DNA from: Oikopleura dioica
Lineage: Eukaryota; Animalia; Chordata
Direction of reading: 5' to 3'
DNA: 64,000 bases
NCBI GenBank assembly: GCA_907165135.1
Contig: OU015568.1
Coordinates: forward strand, 124,001-188,000
Below are positions 24,869-37,800 of the stretch, in pieces (position 1 is the first letter of the stretch; the number at the start of each line of letters is the position of its first letter). The notes beneath the pieces were generated by a model that ran no database searches, was not told where the DNA came from, and saw nothing but the letters and a program-made list of their open reading frames with translations. Both the position numbers and the translations under genes were made by a program.

Positions 24869-27707
24869 GTTAAAAAATGCAGCGATGATTTTGGGAAAAA
24901 TATTGAAAGGAAGAGGAAATTTGATGAAATTACTGATCAAACTGAAGACGAGCAAATTGCTACCGGTAATTAACTAGTAGTTAATAACTACTGTAATGAT
25001 GAATTTTCATTGATTGCTGCATCGATGAAATCTACGAGCAAAAAGCCACGACGAGCGGCGGAAAAAAGGCCGTGAATTTTAAACGAGAGTTCAAAGAGCC
25101 AGAAATGAACTCTGACTTTGAATCAGTGACTGACGAGGACGAGTTTGATGAAGACGAGTCGCGTGGCCAGGACCCTGAACTCGCCGCTTAGGGAACAGGA
25201 CCAACAGGTGAACACCAAAAAGTGACCGATGAGTCGAGCCGAATTTCCGCAGTTTCAATTTGTTTCCAAATTCGCTCTCCAGAGCTCCTTTCCCGTCCAT
25301 TTCAGCGCTGATAACTCTTTCCAAGAATAAACATACCATGATCAAAATGCTTGGAACAGCAGATGCAAGTAGCCTGAGAAAGACGTTGTTGAACATGGGC
25401 TACTGTCAGACCAGAGCGTATCCAAAGGAAGTGATGGATGGAAGAATGAAGCCTCCAAGACATAAAAATCGTCAACCAAGATTCTTTTCTGATTCAGAAG
25501 AAAAACTAATGATCGAGTTGCTGGGTCGGAGATAAGCGTTGCAGCAGTTCAATTACAAAAATTTTTGTCAGTCATAAATTAAAATAAACCCGCCCATTTA
25601 TTGATTATAAACGAAAAAAATCGAGAAAGGTCTTTTTTTGAAATTTATTGGTTGGCTTTGGCAAATCGCCAGCTTTTCACGCTTTTCAAGCTTTTCAAGC
25701 TTTTTCACGTTTCTTATTCAATTCAAATCTAAAATGAGAAAAGTAACAATTTTTTTTCTTGTGTCCGGGTTCGCAATAGCAACAGAGAATTGGAAAAATG
25801 CGGAAGATGTTGAGATATCAAAACTTGCTCAAAAATACCAAAATGAATCCTTTCTTTCTTCGATTCAGGAAATTGTGATAGAATATAATTTTCATAGAAG
25901 AAAAATAGATTCTTAATTAAAACTGACTGATTATCTGAAAATTTTCTATCAATTATAAGCACGTGATCTCATTTCTAAAAAATTTTCAAAATCTTGAGTC
26001 CGACTATTGCCACTCAGGTAGATAATTTTTTAAAATGAAAATTTTATTTGAATTTAAATATTTATTTTTTCGAAGCAATGGAGCTCGATATTATTTTTGG
26101 AAATCCTGAACAACCTGATCAACATTCTCTTCTTCAAAATGTGATTTCAAGAGCTGAGGTAAATTCCTCGAAAACAAGAAAATAATCAATAAATCAAGAT
26201 AAAAATATATACGCCGTATTGTGTTCGACATAGAAGACATATAAAGAATCAATTCAGAAAACATAAAACAGCAGGAACGGTATAAACATAAAATTAAATA
26301 TCGTACGATTTCAAATGATGATTGCTTCTATTTTATTGTTTATATCAAGCTTTTTAGCTTTTTCTTTTGACAGCATATTGCGAGATCATCAACCTTGCCA
26401 ATTTATAGGCCTGATGAAAATTATTTTATGCCTTGCGAATTATTTGTATATATTTTCATTTAATCACAGAGGACTCAGCATATTTATTCAACGAAATTCT
26501 TCAAAATGCTCAATGGGGCCCGAATGTCTATTCAACGCTTTTGTAAGCTATTTAAGAAACACAAAATTAGGGCGTCGAATCGCGAAAAGTCGGACTTGGA
26601 GCGCGCTAAAGCTTACGTGCCGCGATGAGCACCGCTTTTTAAGCGTTTGCGTGCTTTTGTGAACAGATATTAACGCAAATCGATTGCTTAGGCATTTTTT
26701 TCTTTCAAATTTCCTCCAATGCGATAACTCAAAAAAGCGCTCCCGATACGACTTGGGCGTTGCGCATGTCAGAGCGCACGCTCTCAGTCCGATCACCCCT
26801 GATTCGACGCTTTGCATTAAATTTCAATTCTTAGTGTTAAATTTGGCACTCTGAAAAAAAGACAACCTTTCATTAGAGAAACTCTAGAGGTAATTATAAT
26901 TTTAATCGAATCAAATTTCGAAGGTCAATCTTAATAATTTCTCTTTTACTTATATTAAGCGCGTCGATTCGGCAAGTTATGATGAGGAGGCCAAAATCCT
27001 GAAAGGTTTTATTACCTATTCAAATGCAGGAAAGGATTCCTTACTTTTATTGCTTGAAAACTCTTTATAAAATTTTTAAATATTTGTGTTGAAACCTGCC
27101 TGAGCATTGGAGATTTTTGAAGGGCGCCTCACTTTTAAAAGAAGCCCAAGAACAGCTGAAAGATATTTGAAAACCGCGCTTACACTAGAAAAAATATGCC
27201 AAGGTATGAAAATTCTTTAATAGTAAAAATGAAATATTGATGATAAATAAAATTTTAGATTATTTGCATAATTTGGCGGAAAATCATAACGGCAAAAATG
27301 GCTGGAGTTTGGAAAAGAACCAATTTATCCCCGAGCTTCTGCCGATGTTTGAACGAATTGGATTGGCTATTCACCAGAAGACATTAGATACTCTTCAAGA
27401 ATTCAGCTTCGAGGAACTAATGAACTTTGTCCTAGAGTAATCATAAAATAAAGAATTTAATTAATCTTTCGAAATTTTTGAGTCAGCAATAATTTTTTGA
27501 ATTTTTTCTTCCTCTATTTTATCTTCATCTTCTTGATCTCTGCGCGCTCTCATCGCCTTGAAAACCAAAGCTTCTCCTTCTTTTTCCGGAAGTTCCCTTA
27601 ATTCGATAATAATCGGATATAGCTTAAGAAACTCTGGATTATTATCATTCATAGAAATAAGCCGAGGAAATTTGACGTTTCGAGCATAGCTCAGGAAACT
27701 GATTTAG

Positions 27708-28236
27708 GGACCTGGGCGAGCAGCGCTGAGCCAATCTTCATGCGCTTGCCGTTCTTGTTAGAAATAATATTTATTGAAATTTCTTTTTTCTCTTTCATTC
27801 TTGGTTGATGAGCTAGCGAGAAAAAGAGAAGCTCAACTTCAAAAGGCATCAAGTCTTGCAAACTTTATTTTTTCTTCATGAACTAGCATTATTGAAAAGC
27901 GCGTTAAATTCTGAACAGATCCCACCCAATCAGCTAAACTAAAGCGGTAATCATAAGCGTCTAAGGACAGATAAACAAGATGACTTAGCGCCCGCCCAGC
28001 GGGAATCATGTCCAGGAAGTCTAAAAAGCTAAATCGGAGCGTCCAACCGTGCCGCAACTACCAATGAGTACCGATTTAGTTTAGCTGATTGGGTGGGATC
28101 TGCTCAGAATTTTACGCGCTTTTCCAAAAAGCTCAAGATGAGGAGATATGATTTACAAAAAAAATTTCAACAAATCTTATTTCCAACAAGAATGGCGAGC
28201 GCGTGAAGTTTGGGTTAGCGCTGCTCGCCCAGGTCC
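27708..28236. mobile_element. Foldback MITE
   Basis: Outer IR GGACCTGGGCGAGCAGCGCT / AGCGCTGCTCGCCCAGGTCC; inner IR AAAAGCGCG...CAGATCCCACCCAATCAGCTAAACTAAA (~27895) inverted at ~28075-28125. Confidence 0.8.
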
Positions 28237-29179
28237 TTTAAGCACTCTTACCTTAGCCATTTTCCAGTATGATTTATCGACGAAACGGTAACTCTCCATA
28301 AGCGTATATTTGTACTTCGAAAATCTTGATTTTCATAATGCTTATGCAGAGTTCCAAAAAACGAAAAATTTTTGCTTGTAGATAATCGCATGATCGTTCG
28401 CAGAAAAAAAGAAAACGAAATGTTGGCGTGCAAGTGCGTTTGCTTGTGCGTTTTGGGACCCTGGCTTTAAAACTCCGAATACGCTAAAAGTGTTCTTATT
28501 ATCGTCGATTTTTAAAGATTTTATTTACCGTTCTGCGTGCCTGTTATCTGCGGTGATTCGATAATTCAGGTCCGGAAGCTTGTCAACAAAATAAGCCTCC
28601 TTTTCGTATTTTTGGACTATGCGATCTAATGATTGTCTGAAAATCATATTAAGGGGGATGTCGCCAAAATTGGGTCGGTAATGAATATTTCTCGTATAAA
28701 CTTAGCTAGAAATTTTCAAAAGAGCGATCACGCGAACCTTAAGGGGATAGAATGAGGTTTTCGAAAATATTTCAATTAAAAAGAGTTAAACGTTTCATCT
28801 TGCGAGAAACTTACCTCACATGAAAATCCAGCTTATTTGTAATTTCCTCATTTTTTCTCACAGAATTGAAAAGATTTTCTAGCACTGCCATTGCTTTCTT
28901 TGCGAATGCCTTGTCAGTTTTGCTTTTTTTCTTCAGAGTATTTTCCTTATAAATTTCGAATAATCGTCGAAAACATCCAGTGAATGATGAGTTTGATCGT
29001 CCTCTTACTCTATTTATCTTTTCGATAAAGTTTTGGAATGCCTTCGCTGGATTTTGACATATCAAAGAAAAATAACTGAACTGAGTTGAGCTAGGCTGTG
29101 TGAACAGTTCTTATGCACAATTCTGGAGCGCACAATTCCGGAGATTTCCGACAAAAAATCGAGACCAAAAAACTATTCG

Positions 29180-29474
29180 TGTGACTAGGTTCGTTGAATT
29201 TGGATATTATTTGTATTTTTTTCATCAGGAAATGGATTGATGACTAGGTTCGTGAGACTAGGTTCATGACAAAAACTCACGAACCTAGTCCCACGAACCT
29301 AGTCATCAAGCCATTTCCTTTACTGAGCGAAAATTTTTACCATTTCAAAACTCACGAACCTAGTCCAACGAACCTAGTCATCGACTCATTTCCCTTACTG
29401 CCCTTAAATTTAGCCCTATTTCAATACTCTGGTAGAACCCACCACGAACCTAGTCCCACGAACCTCGTCCTCAC
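29180..29474. repeat. Inverted clusters of CACGAACCTAGTC subrepeats (MITE-like)
   Basis: GACTAGGTTCGT copies at 29183-29270 face several ACGAACCTAGTC copies at 29279-29470. Confidence 0.65.
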
Positions 29475-29996
29475 TAACTAAGTCCTCATTACCAAAAAAT
29501 CGAATTTCGGGCATTTTTTACAGAAACTTAAGGGTATCTCATTGAAAAATAATAATTGAAAATCCAATCTTTTTGATTTCAGCTGGATATCTTGAGCCAC
29601 CGGATTCTTGTAGAAAGATTCTTGTTATTTCCCAAAACATCTTAAAATTGTCTTTACGAAAATGATTTTTCTTATTAAATTTACCATTATTATCGAAGCT
29701 TTTAGCTTAATGACATTGTAATCTTCTTTTTCGGAGATATTCAAGATAATTTTGATATATTTTTTCTCTAGATTTTCTTTAATTTTATTTTCATTCAAAT
29801 CGATATCACCTGGAAAAAGAGCACAAACTTCAAGAATTTGCTCCTCAGCAAGAAGAAACATCTTAAAAATTTACGATTTATGGTCAAATATAATATAAAC
29901 TTGCCTGCACGTTATTGCTATGAACTGCGTACCGAGATCCTGAGATTAGTTTTCGAATGTCAATATGGACAATTTTCTAACATTTTGATTGCTTAA

Positions 29997-30677
29997 GGGT
30001 ACTACCTTCGATTTCCCCAATTTTACCATTGAATAACTCTTAACATATCAATAATGATGGAGAACTTATAGGCTCTAAAAGTACATCTATCTTAGATCTT
30101 CAATCTGTCAGAAGCGTTTTCGGTTTGCTCAATAAAAAGTCGGTTAATTTCTAGCTCAAAGTAATCAACTATTCGAAAATGGCCTAAATAAACGGCCGAA
30201 TAGCCCGAAAGTTAGCCTGAAAACTGAGTAATATTATGATTTAAATATTAAATTTGAACCTTTATCTTAAAAATGACAGAAGGTTTTTGTGATTGAAAAA
30301 TAACTTATACCAAATTTAATTTTTTGAAAATTGTGTCTCTGCGACTTTGCTAAAACTAAGCATTTTTCAAAACTTGGCGACGCATTCTTGTCTCTAGAAG
30401 CCAAAATAACTAACTTTAAGAATTGATAAAGTCACCATGAAAGTCGCCTTGCTCTGAGCTTCAAAACAAGCACTTATTTGAAAGAATCAGACACGAAAAT
30501 TTTTTTCGGAAAAAATACCTTTTAGTACTGAAATCGATTTAAAATCGTTTTTTCATGAAAATGGTAAACGTTATGAATGAAATTTTCGGATATTTTTAGA
30601 TCAAAATTTTATGAAGAATCTATTTTCGATGAAAAATTAAACATTCACAGTCATCGGGGAAATCGAAGGTAGTACCC
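29997..30677. mobile_element. TTAA-flanked MITE with GG termini (Kolobok-like)
   Basis: TTAA|GGGTACTACCTTCGATTTCCCC ... GGGGAAATCGAAGGTAGTACCC|TTAA, a perfect 22-bp TIR. Confidence 0.9.
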
Positions 30678-30681
30678 TTAA

Positions 30682-30975
30682 GGGTAATTCAGGAAATCGG
30701 CGCGGCGGCTCACTCTCGTTACGCGCCCCCTTAGTCAGTACTTTTTATAGTAGAATCGAATCCAGAGTTGGGAAGATCTTCTCAAATTTTATTTTTCGAC
30801 ATGAGTCAGAAAGCGGTCTCTAGTAGCAGATCATAAATGAGTGTTATCCTCATTGGTAGCGAAAATAAATTTTGAGAATATCTTTCCAACTCTTGATTCG
30901 AGTTTTACTTATAAAAGTACTGATTGAGGGGCGCGTGGCGAGCGTTAGCCGCCGCGCCGATTTCCTGCATCACAT
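30682..30975. mobile_element. Palindromic MITE abutting the previous one at a shared TTAA
   Basis: IR CAGGAAATCGGCGCGGCGGCT (30690) / AGCCGCCGCGCCGATTTCCTG (to 30967); further internal IR AGTACTTTT..AG / CT..AAAAGTACT. Confidence 0.75.
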
Positions 30976-31840
30976 TTAAGGGGTTCGCATACGATATTTT
31001 CAAAATCTCTATTATCGAGAAACGAGTATGCGCTTAAACAAAATCGTGTCGCTGGCCACAGAAATCAGCACATTCTCCATTAGCAAATAAATCAATTGAA
31101 AACCAGGCCTTTATCCGATTTAAATAATCGCTTGGATGCAAGTTCTGACTCTTGCAGAAGTCCTTCAGAAGTTCAAAAAATTCGATCAACCTATCATGTA
31201 TCTCATATTTTGAACTTATGCCTTCCAAAATATGCCTAAAATTATCGTTAGATAATAAATTCATAAAAAAAACTTAACCGTAAGTCATTTGCATTGTGTG
31301 AAGCCAGTATTCTTGAGCCAAACGTCAACTTTAATGTTAACAATTTTATTTTTCTTTATATTTAAAATCTACCTTTAAGCTCATAAGAAGCTTAGAGACA
31401 TCTTTTTTACGGTTAAAATACAGAAGCCTTAGATTAAAAATAATGAACATGCATTTTTAACCGTTCCTTCTGGTTGACCCCGCTTATTTTTGTCCAAAGC
31501 TGACTGTGATTGATCTTCAGTATCAAAATGTTCTTGTTATGGTTCATTAATATAAAAATGGAGCGATGTGAATATGACCGAAAATCAAGAAACATTTTAT
31601 TTATTGGATTAACAAATAATGAACCGTACGGCAAAAGCTCTTTCGTCGAAACGGCCGGCTACGACAGTGTTTCTTACGATCTGCAAAATGTTGGGTTAGT
31701 TTCAATCCCAGAACCAAGCATTTTTCCGAGAAAAAATTCAAGGCAAATAATTACTATAATTATGTGTAATATAAAGAAACACTGTCTATGTGCACTGATA
31801 ATAGAGATCTATAAAAGTGCCGTAAACGATACGAATTTAA

Positions 31841-31930
31841 CCCTATCTCGAGCGCGAGCGCATGTTGATGCGCTCGCTAGTGTAAATAACGAGCTCTGAT
31901 TGGAGGAGAATTTCACTGCTCGAGACGGGG
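31841..31930. mobile_element. 90-bp piggyBac-like mini element
   Basis: TTAA|CCCTATCTCGAGC ... GCTCGAGACGGGG|TTAA. Confidence 0.6.
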
Positions 31931-32679
31931 TTAAAAATCATAAAAAATTAAGATCCCTGTTTGAGCAGTGAACTTCCAGTATTTCCTGAGGAAATCCTTC
32001 TTCTTTAAAGATCGCGATCATTTTTCTGGTCGATGCAAGCGCAGCTGCTGCGGTATCTTATTTTATAAAATTAAGTTTTATCGAAATTAAAAAAATATTA
32101 AAACCTGAAACGATGAAACGAACCCGAGATATCATCTCACTTGTAATGGGTTTTCTACATATATGAATTCAAATTTTAATCAAATAAAACCCCTGCTATA
32201 AAATGAATATTGTTTAAGCTGCTTCACGGAGGTTTGAAAAAGTAACTTTTAGCTTATCAAAAGATAACGGGCTTTCCAATGAGCTGAGTCTTAAGGTCTC
32301 AATGTTCCATTGAAATTGAGGGTCAAAGTTTTTGCGGCAACTGAGCTTAGCTACAAAATATGACAATTTTAAAAGATGGAAGTGAAAGAAAATAAAAAGT
32401 TAAGTTTGGCCCTTCAATTTCATGAAAATCGAAAAATATTTTCTGCATAGATAGTGAGAGTGATAAAGAGCGAGCCGAGCGCACGGAGCTTGGTCGGCGG
32501 AGTCCCTTATATTCACATGAGCGAAAACAACGCGCAGTTTTTTCAAAACCTTCCTTAACAGCTTCCTTGGCGACACTGTCAGCGTTGTGAAATTGCTGTT
32601 GATAAACTGAAAGAGCCATAAAAGACGATGTTCCGTCCTCGAATTCTTGATTGGAGATACCAATGGCATACACAGGAAT

Positions 32680-33197
32680 CAGGGTTCTAAATCGACTAGT
32701 CAAGTTTCGACTAAAGTCTAAGTCGAGTCGAGTCTTAGTCGAAAAGACTAGCTCGACTCGACTAGACAGGTTGTTGAAATAAGTCGACTCGACTCGACTT
32801 GACTTGACCCTATAAGTCAACTAGATTGTCGACTAGTCGAAAAAGTCGAGAGCAATATTGAGGAGAAAGTCGAAAAATCTAGTCGAATAAGTCGAAAATC
32901 TAGTCGAATAAGTCGAAAAAATCACTTTTTTGCTTTGGACTTTTCGACTTCGCTTTCGACTTTGGACTAAATTTCGACTATTCGACAATTTTTCGACTTT
33001 TTCGACTAAATTTATATATTTTTCCAGTTTTTCAACTTTTCGACTAATAAGTCGATTTAGTCGACTCGACTCGACTCGACTCGACTAGCGATTTTCAAAA
33101 CGCTTTCGACTCGACTCGACTCGACTCGGCATTTTCAGCTAGCCTTTCGACTCGACTCGACTCGACTTCTGAGATTCAGCTCAGATTTAGAACCCTG
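32680..33197. mobile_element. hAT-type MITE with (TCGAC)n interior
   Basis: TIR CAGGGTTCTAAATC / GATTTAGAACCCTG; perfect 8-bp TSD ACAGGAAT at 32672-32679 and 33198-33205. Confidence 0.93.
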
Positions 33198-33888
33198 ACA
33201 GGAATATTTCTATAAAAAGAACTTGATAAACAGTTCAGACACTCCTTAATCCGTTAACCAGCCAATCAAATATTTGGATACATGATCGAAGGCGCGCTCT
33301 TTGAATTTTTTACCTTGCCGATGTTGTTCCGTCTTTATCAGGGTCATTCGCTTTAGTATAATTTTTTCTATTTTATCCATGTATCGAACTGATGACCTCT
33401 TTAAAATAAGTTATTTTATTATCATTTATGACCCTTTACAATATGAATGCACAAAATTTCAGATTTTTTACAAACCACTCGATCTGTGCTTTTCAAAGAA
33501 TGAAACTGTACGTTCTTAAGGATAAAATAATAAAAATTTTTTTCACTCTTTGCTGATATGATCGGAATAAAGCCAAGTGGCAGCGTTGCAATTAATCTTC
33601 TTGATGGAACCGAGTAAATTTTCTCACGATTTTCCTTATCGCTATCAATGCAAACTTCTTTTAGACAGGGTGTGATTGAGGCGAAATCGAAAAGAAGCTC
33701 ATTTATGTCTTCGAAAGGATTTAGCTTTAATTTAATGAAATAAGAAAGAATTTTTTGAAATTTTAAATCATTTAATTTTTGATTAGAAAGAAAACCTTTT
33801 CTGTACTCTTCAACCCTTTCAATTTTGCTTGAAACAAAACTTTGAGGGTTTCGACTTTATATGTAGGCTAAAAATTTTGATTTGATCA

Positions 33889-34608
33889 TTAACGTGAACT
33901 CACTGTTGATTGGCCACGATTATCTTTTGATTGCGAATTCGATCTGCGATCCGGTGCTTCTTTCAGGAATATTTGTCGGATAGAACTGCATTGTCTCATA
34001 ATATTTTCATCCTCGATAGAATCTTTGTAAATTTTTCTTTGTTTTCTTGGACGGAGAACTCTGTCACAGGAATTGGAAGTCAAAATTGTTTCTGACTCGG
34101 GCAAACATTCACTGTATCGATTAAGACTCTCAGAATCATCGTTATCACATTCCATTGGCTGAGAAGGTGGAAAATAAGCATCTTCAGCGGCATTACAGAA
34201 ATAGAGTTCGAATGTGGCACTTGGATCTTGCAGAATCATTTTAGCCAACGCTGCTTGGTTCCATTTTGGCTGTGCCTTGTTTAAGTCGAGAGTGGGCCAC
34301 AGCAATTTTCCTTTCATTTTATCACCAAGAATTTTATTAAGTTCATGAAGAGCTTTTCGATCAGGTCTTTGGAAGAAATTGTACCACATTTCTCGTTCAC
34401 TTAATTTTCGGGAGTTTTTGTAATTTTCCATTTTCTCCCAAAGTTCTTTTTCAAAATAACCTTTAAATTTTGTTTCTTTTGCGCTCACTGAAAATTTACC
34501 GTTTTGAATCATGAAATTTTTAATATCTTCATATCTTAATGGACATCCGTCTTTTCTCTTATCAGCGGCGCTCGCATTGACAAATAGAATAAAAAAAACA
34601 AATATCAT
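33889..34608 (-). CDS. Intronless 239-aa predicted secreted protein, unknown family
   Basis: Open frame with a signal-peptide-like start MIFVFFILFVNASA; charged, protein-like composition; no stops. Confidence 0.6.
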   Translation of the reverse strand: MIFVFFILFVNASAADKRKDGCPLRYEDIKNFMIQNGKFSVSAKETKFKGYFEKELWEKMENYKNSRKLSEREMWYNFFQRPDRKALHELNKILGDKMKGKLLWPTLDLNKAQPKWNQAALAKMILQDPSATFELYFCNAAEDAYFPPSQPMECDNDDSESLNRYSECLPESETILTSNSCDRVLRPRKQRKIYKDSIEDENIMRQCSSIRQIFLKEAPDRRSNSQSKDNRGQSTVSSR

Positions 34609-34819
34609 TTCAATAAGAAATTCGATTTTAAAATTGATGGGAACGCTTCTAAAATTTAGAAATATGACCTTGGAAATATTCCAAAATTAACCGCTGGTTT
34701 TTGCCAAGTTTTCAGCGAGAGAATATGAGTCACAAATTGTGTCTTCATCTTTTGAGAGTTTTTGGCCAACGAACTTAAGGAGGAAAGCCCCTTTAAAATT
34801 TAATCAGTCGAATTTTAGA

Positions 34820-37800
34820 GGCCGTCTCAGCCCAATTTTTTGATTTTTGAATTTAAGGGGCTTGCCGGCCTTTCGGGCCGTCTCAGCCCCATTTTTTGAT
34901 TTTTGAATTTAAGGGGCTTGCCGGCCCTTCGCGCCGTCTCAGCCCAATTTTTTGATTTTTGAATTTGAGGGCTCGCCGGCCCTTCGGGCCGTCTCAGCCC
35001 CATTTTTTTGATTTTTGAATTTAAGGGGCTTGCCGGCCTTTCGGGCCGTCTCAGCCCCATTTTTTGATTTTTGAATTTAAGGGGCTTGCTGGCCCTACGG
35101 GCCGTCTCAGCCCCATTTTATGATTTTTGATTTAAGGGGCTTGCCGGCCCTTCGGGCCGTCTCAGCCCAATTTTTTGATTTCTGAATTTAAGGGGCTTGC
35201 CGGCCCTTTGGGCCGTCTCAGCCCAATTTTTTGATTTTTGAATTTAAGGGCTTGCCGGCCCTTCGGGCCGTCTCAGCCCCATTTTTCGATTTCTGAATTT
35301 AAGGGGCTTGCCGGCCCTTTGGGCCGTCTCAGCCCAATTTTTGATTTTTGAATTTAAGGGGCTTGCCGGCCCTTCGGGCCGTCTCAGCCCCATTTTATGA
35401 TTTCTGAATTTAAGGGGCTTGCCGGCCCTTTGGGCCGTCTCAGCCCAATTTTATGATTTTTGAATTTAAGGGGCTTGCCGGCCCTTCGGGCCGTCTCAGC
35501 CCAATTTTATGATTTTTGAATTTAAGGGGCTTGCCGGCCCTTCGGGCCGTCTCAGCCCAATTTTTTGATTTCTGAATTTAAGGGGCTTGCCGGCCCTTTG
35601 GGCCGTCTCAGCCAAATTTTTTGATTTCTGAATTTAAGGGGCTTGCCGGCCTTTCGGGCCGTCTCAGCCCCATTTTTTGATTTTTGAATTTAAGGGCTTG
35701 CTGGCCCTACGGGCCGTCTCAGCCCCATTTTTTGATTTTTGAATTTAAGGGGCTTGCCAGCCTTTCGGGCCGTCTCAGCCCCATTTTTTGATTTTTGAAT
35801 TTAAGGGGCTTGCCGGCCCTTCGGGCCGTCTCAGCCCAATTTTTTGATTTCTGAATTTAAGGGGCTTGCCGGCCCTTTGGGCCGTCTCAGCCCCATTTTT
35901 TGGTTTTTGAATTTAAGGGGCTTGCCGGCCTTTCGGGCCGTCTCAGCCCCATTTTGTGATTTTTGAATTTAAGGGCTTGCCGGCCCTTCGGGCCGTCTCA
36001 GCCCATTTTTTTGATTTTTGAATCTGAAGGGCTCGCCGGCCATTCGGGCCGCTTTAGCCCGATTTTATGATTTTGAATTTAAGGGGCTTGCCGGCCTTTC
36101 GGGCCGTCTCAGCCCCATTTTTTGATTTTTGAATTAAAGGAGCTTGCCGGCCCTTCGGGCCGTCTCAGCCTCATTTTGTGATTTTTGAATTTAAGGGGCC
36201 TGCCGGCCCTTCGGGCCATCTCAGCCCAATTTGGTGATCTTTGAATTTAAGGGCTTGCCGGCCCTTCGGGCCGTCTCAGCCCCATTTTTTGATTTTTGAA
36301 TTTAAGGGACTTGCCGGCCCTTCGGGCCGTCTCAACCCAATTTTTTGATTTTTGAATTTAAGGGGCTTGCCGGCCTTTCGGGCCGTCTAAGCCCCATTTT
36401 GTGATTTTTGAATTTAAGGGGCTTGCCGGCCCTTCGGGCCGTCTCAGCCCCATTTTGTGATTTTTGAGTTTAAGGGGCTTGCCGGCCCTTCGGGCTGTCT
36501 CAGCCCCATTTTGTGATTTTTGAATTTAAGGGGCTTGCCGGCCCTTCGCGCCGTCTCAGCCCAATTTTTTGATTTTTGAATTTGAGGGCTCGCCGGCCCT
36601 TCGGGCCGTCTCAGCCCCATTTTTTGATTTTTGAATTTAAGGGGCTTGCCGGCCTTTCGGGCCGTCTCAGCCCCATTTTTGATTTTTGAATTTAAGGGCT
36701 TGCTGGCCCTACGGGCCGTCTCAGCCCCATTTTATGATTTTTGATTTAAGGGGCTTGCCGGCCCTTCGGGCCGTCTCAGCCCAATTTTTGATTTCTGAAT
36801 TTAAGGGGCTTGCCGGCCCTTTGGGCCGTCTCAGCCCAATTTTTTGATTTTTGAATTTAAGGGGCTTGCCGGCCCTTCGGGCCGTCTCAGCCCCATTTTT
36901 CGATTTCTGAATTTAAGGGGCTTGCCGGCCCTTTGGGCCGTCTCAGCCCAATTTTTTGATTTTTGAATTTAAGGGCTTGCCGGCCCTTCGGGCCGTCTCA
37001 GCCCCATTTTATGATTTCTGAATTTAAGGGGCTTGCCGGCCCTTTGGGCCGTCTCAGCCCAATTTTATGATTTTTGAATTTAAGGGGCTTGCCGGCCCTT
37101 CGGGCCGTCTCAGCCCAATTTTATGATTTTTGAATTTAAGGGGCTTGCCGGCCCTTCGGGCCGTCTCAGCCCAATTTTTTGATTTCTGAATTTAAGGGGC
37201 TTGCCGGCCCTTTGGGCCGTCTCAGCCAAATTTTTTGATTTCTGAATTTAAGGGGCTTGCCGGCCTTTCGGGCCGTCTCAGCCCCATTTTTTGATTTTTG
37301 AATTTAAGGGGCTTGCTGGCCCTACGGGCCGTCTCAGCCCCATTTTTTGATTTTTGAATTTAAGGGGCTTGCCAGCCTTTCGGGCCGTCTCAGCCCCATT
37401 TTTTGATTTTTGAATTTAAGGGCTTGCCGGCCCTTCGGGCCGTCTCAGCCCAATTTTTTGATTTCTGAATTTAAGGGGCTTGCCGGCCCTTTGGGCCGTC
37501 TCAGCCCCATTTTTGGTTTTTGAATTTAAGGGGCTTGCCGGCCTTTCGGGCCGTCTCAGCCCCATTTTGTGATTTTTGAATTTAAGGGGCTTGCCGGCCC
37601 TTCGGGCCGTCTCAGCCCATTTTTTTGATTTTTGAATCTGAAGGGCTCGCCGGCCATTCGGGCCGCTTTAGCCCGATTTTATGATTTTTGAATTTAAGGG
37701 GCTTGCCGGCCTTTCGGGCCGTCTCAGCCCCATTTTTTGATTTTTGAATTAAAGGAGCTTGCCGGCCCTTCGGGCCGTCTCAGCCTCATTTTGTGATTTT

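Noticed and set aside
25091-29861. Naming the several exon-like fragments inside the giant element
   Set aside because: Some look coding (25260-25535, 25734-25916, 27237-27440, 27461-27652, 28811-29065, 29625-29861), but I cannot assign families or exon chains.
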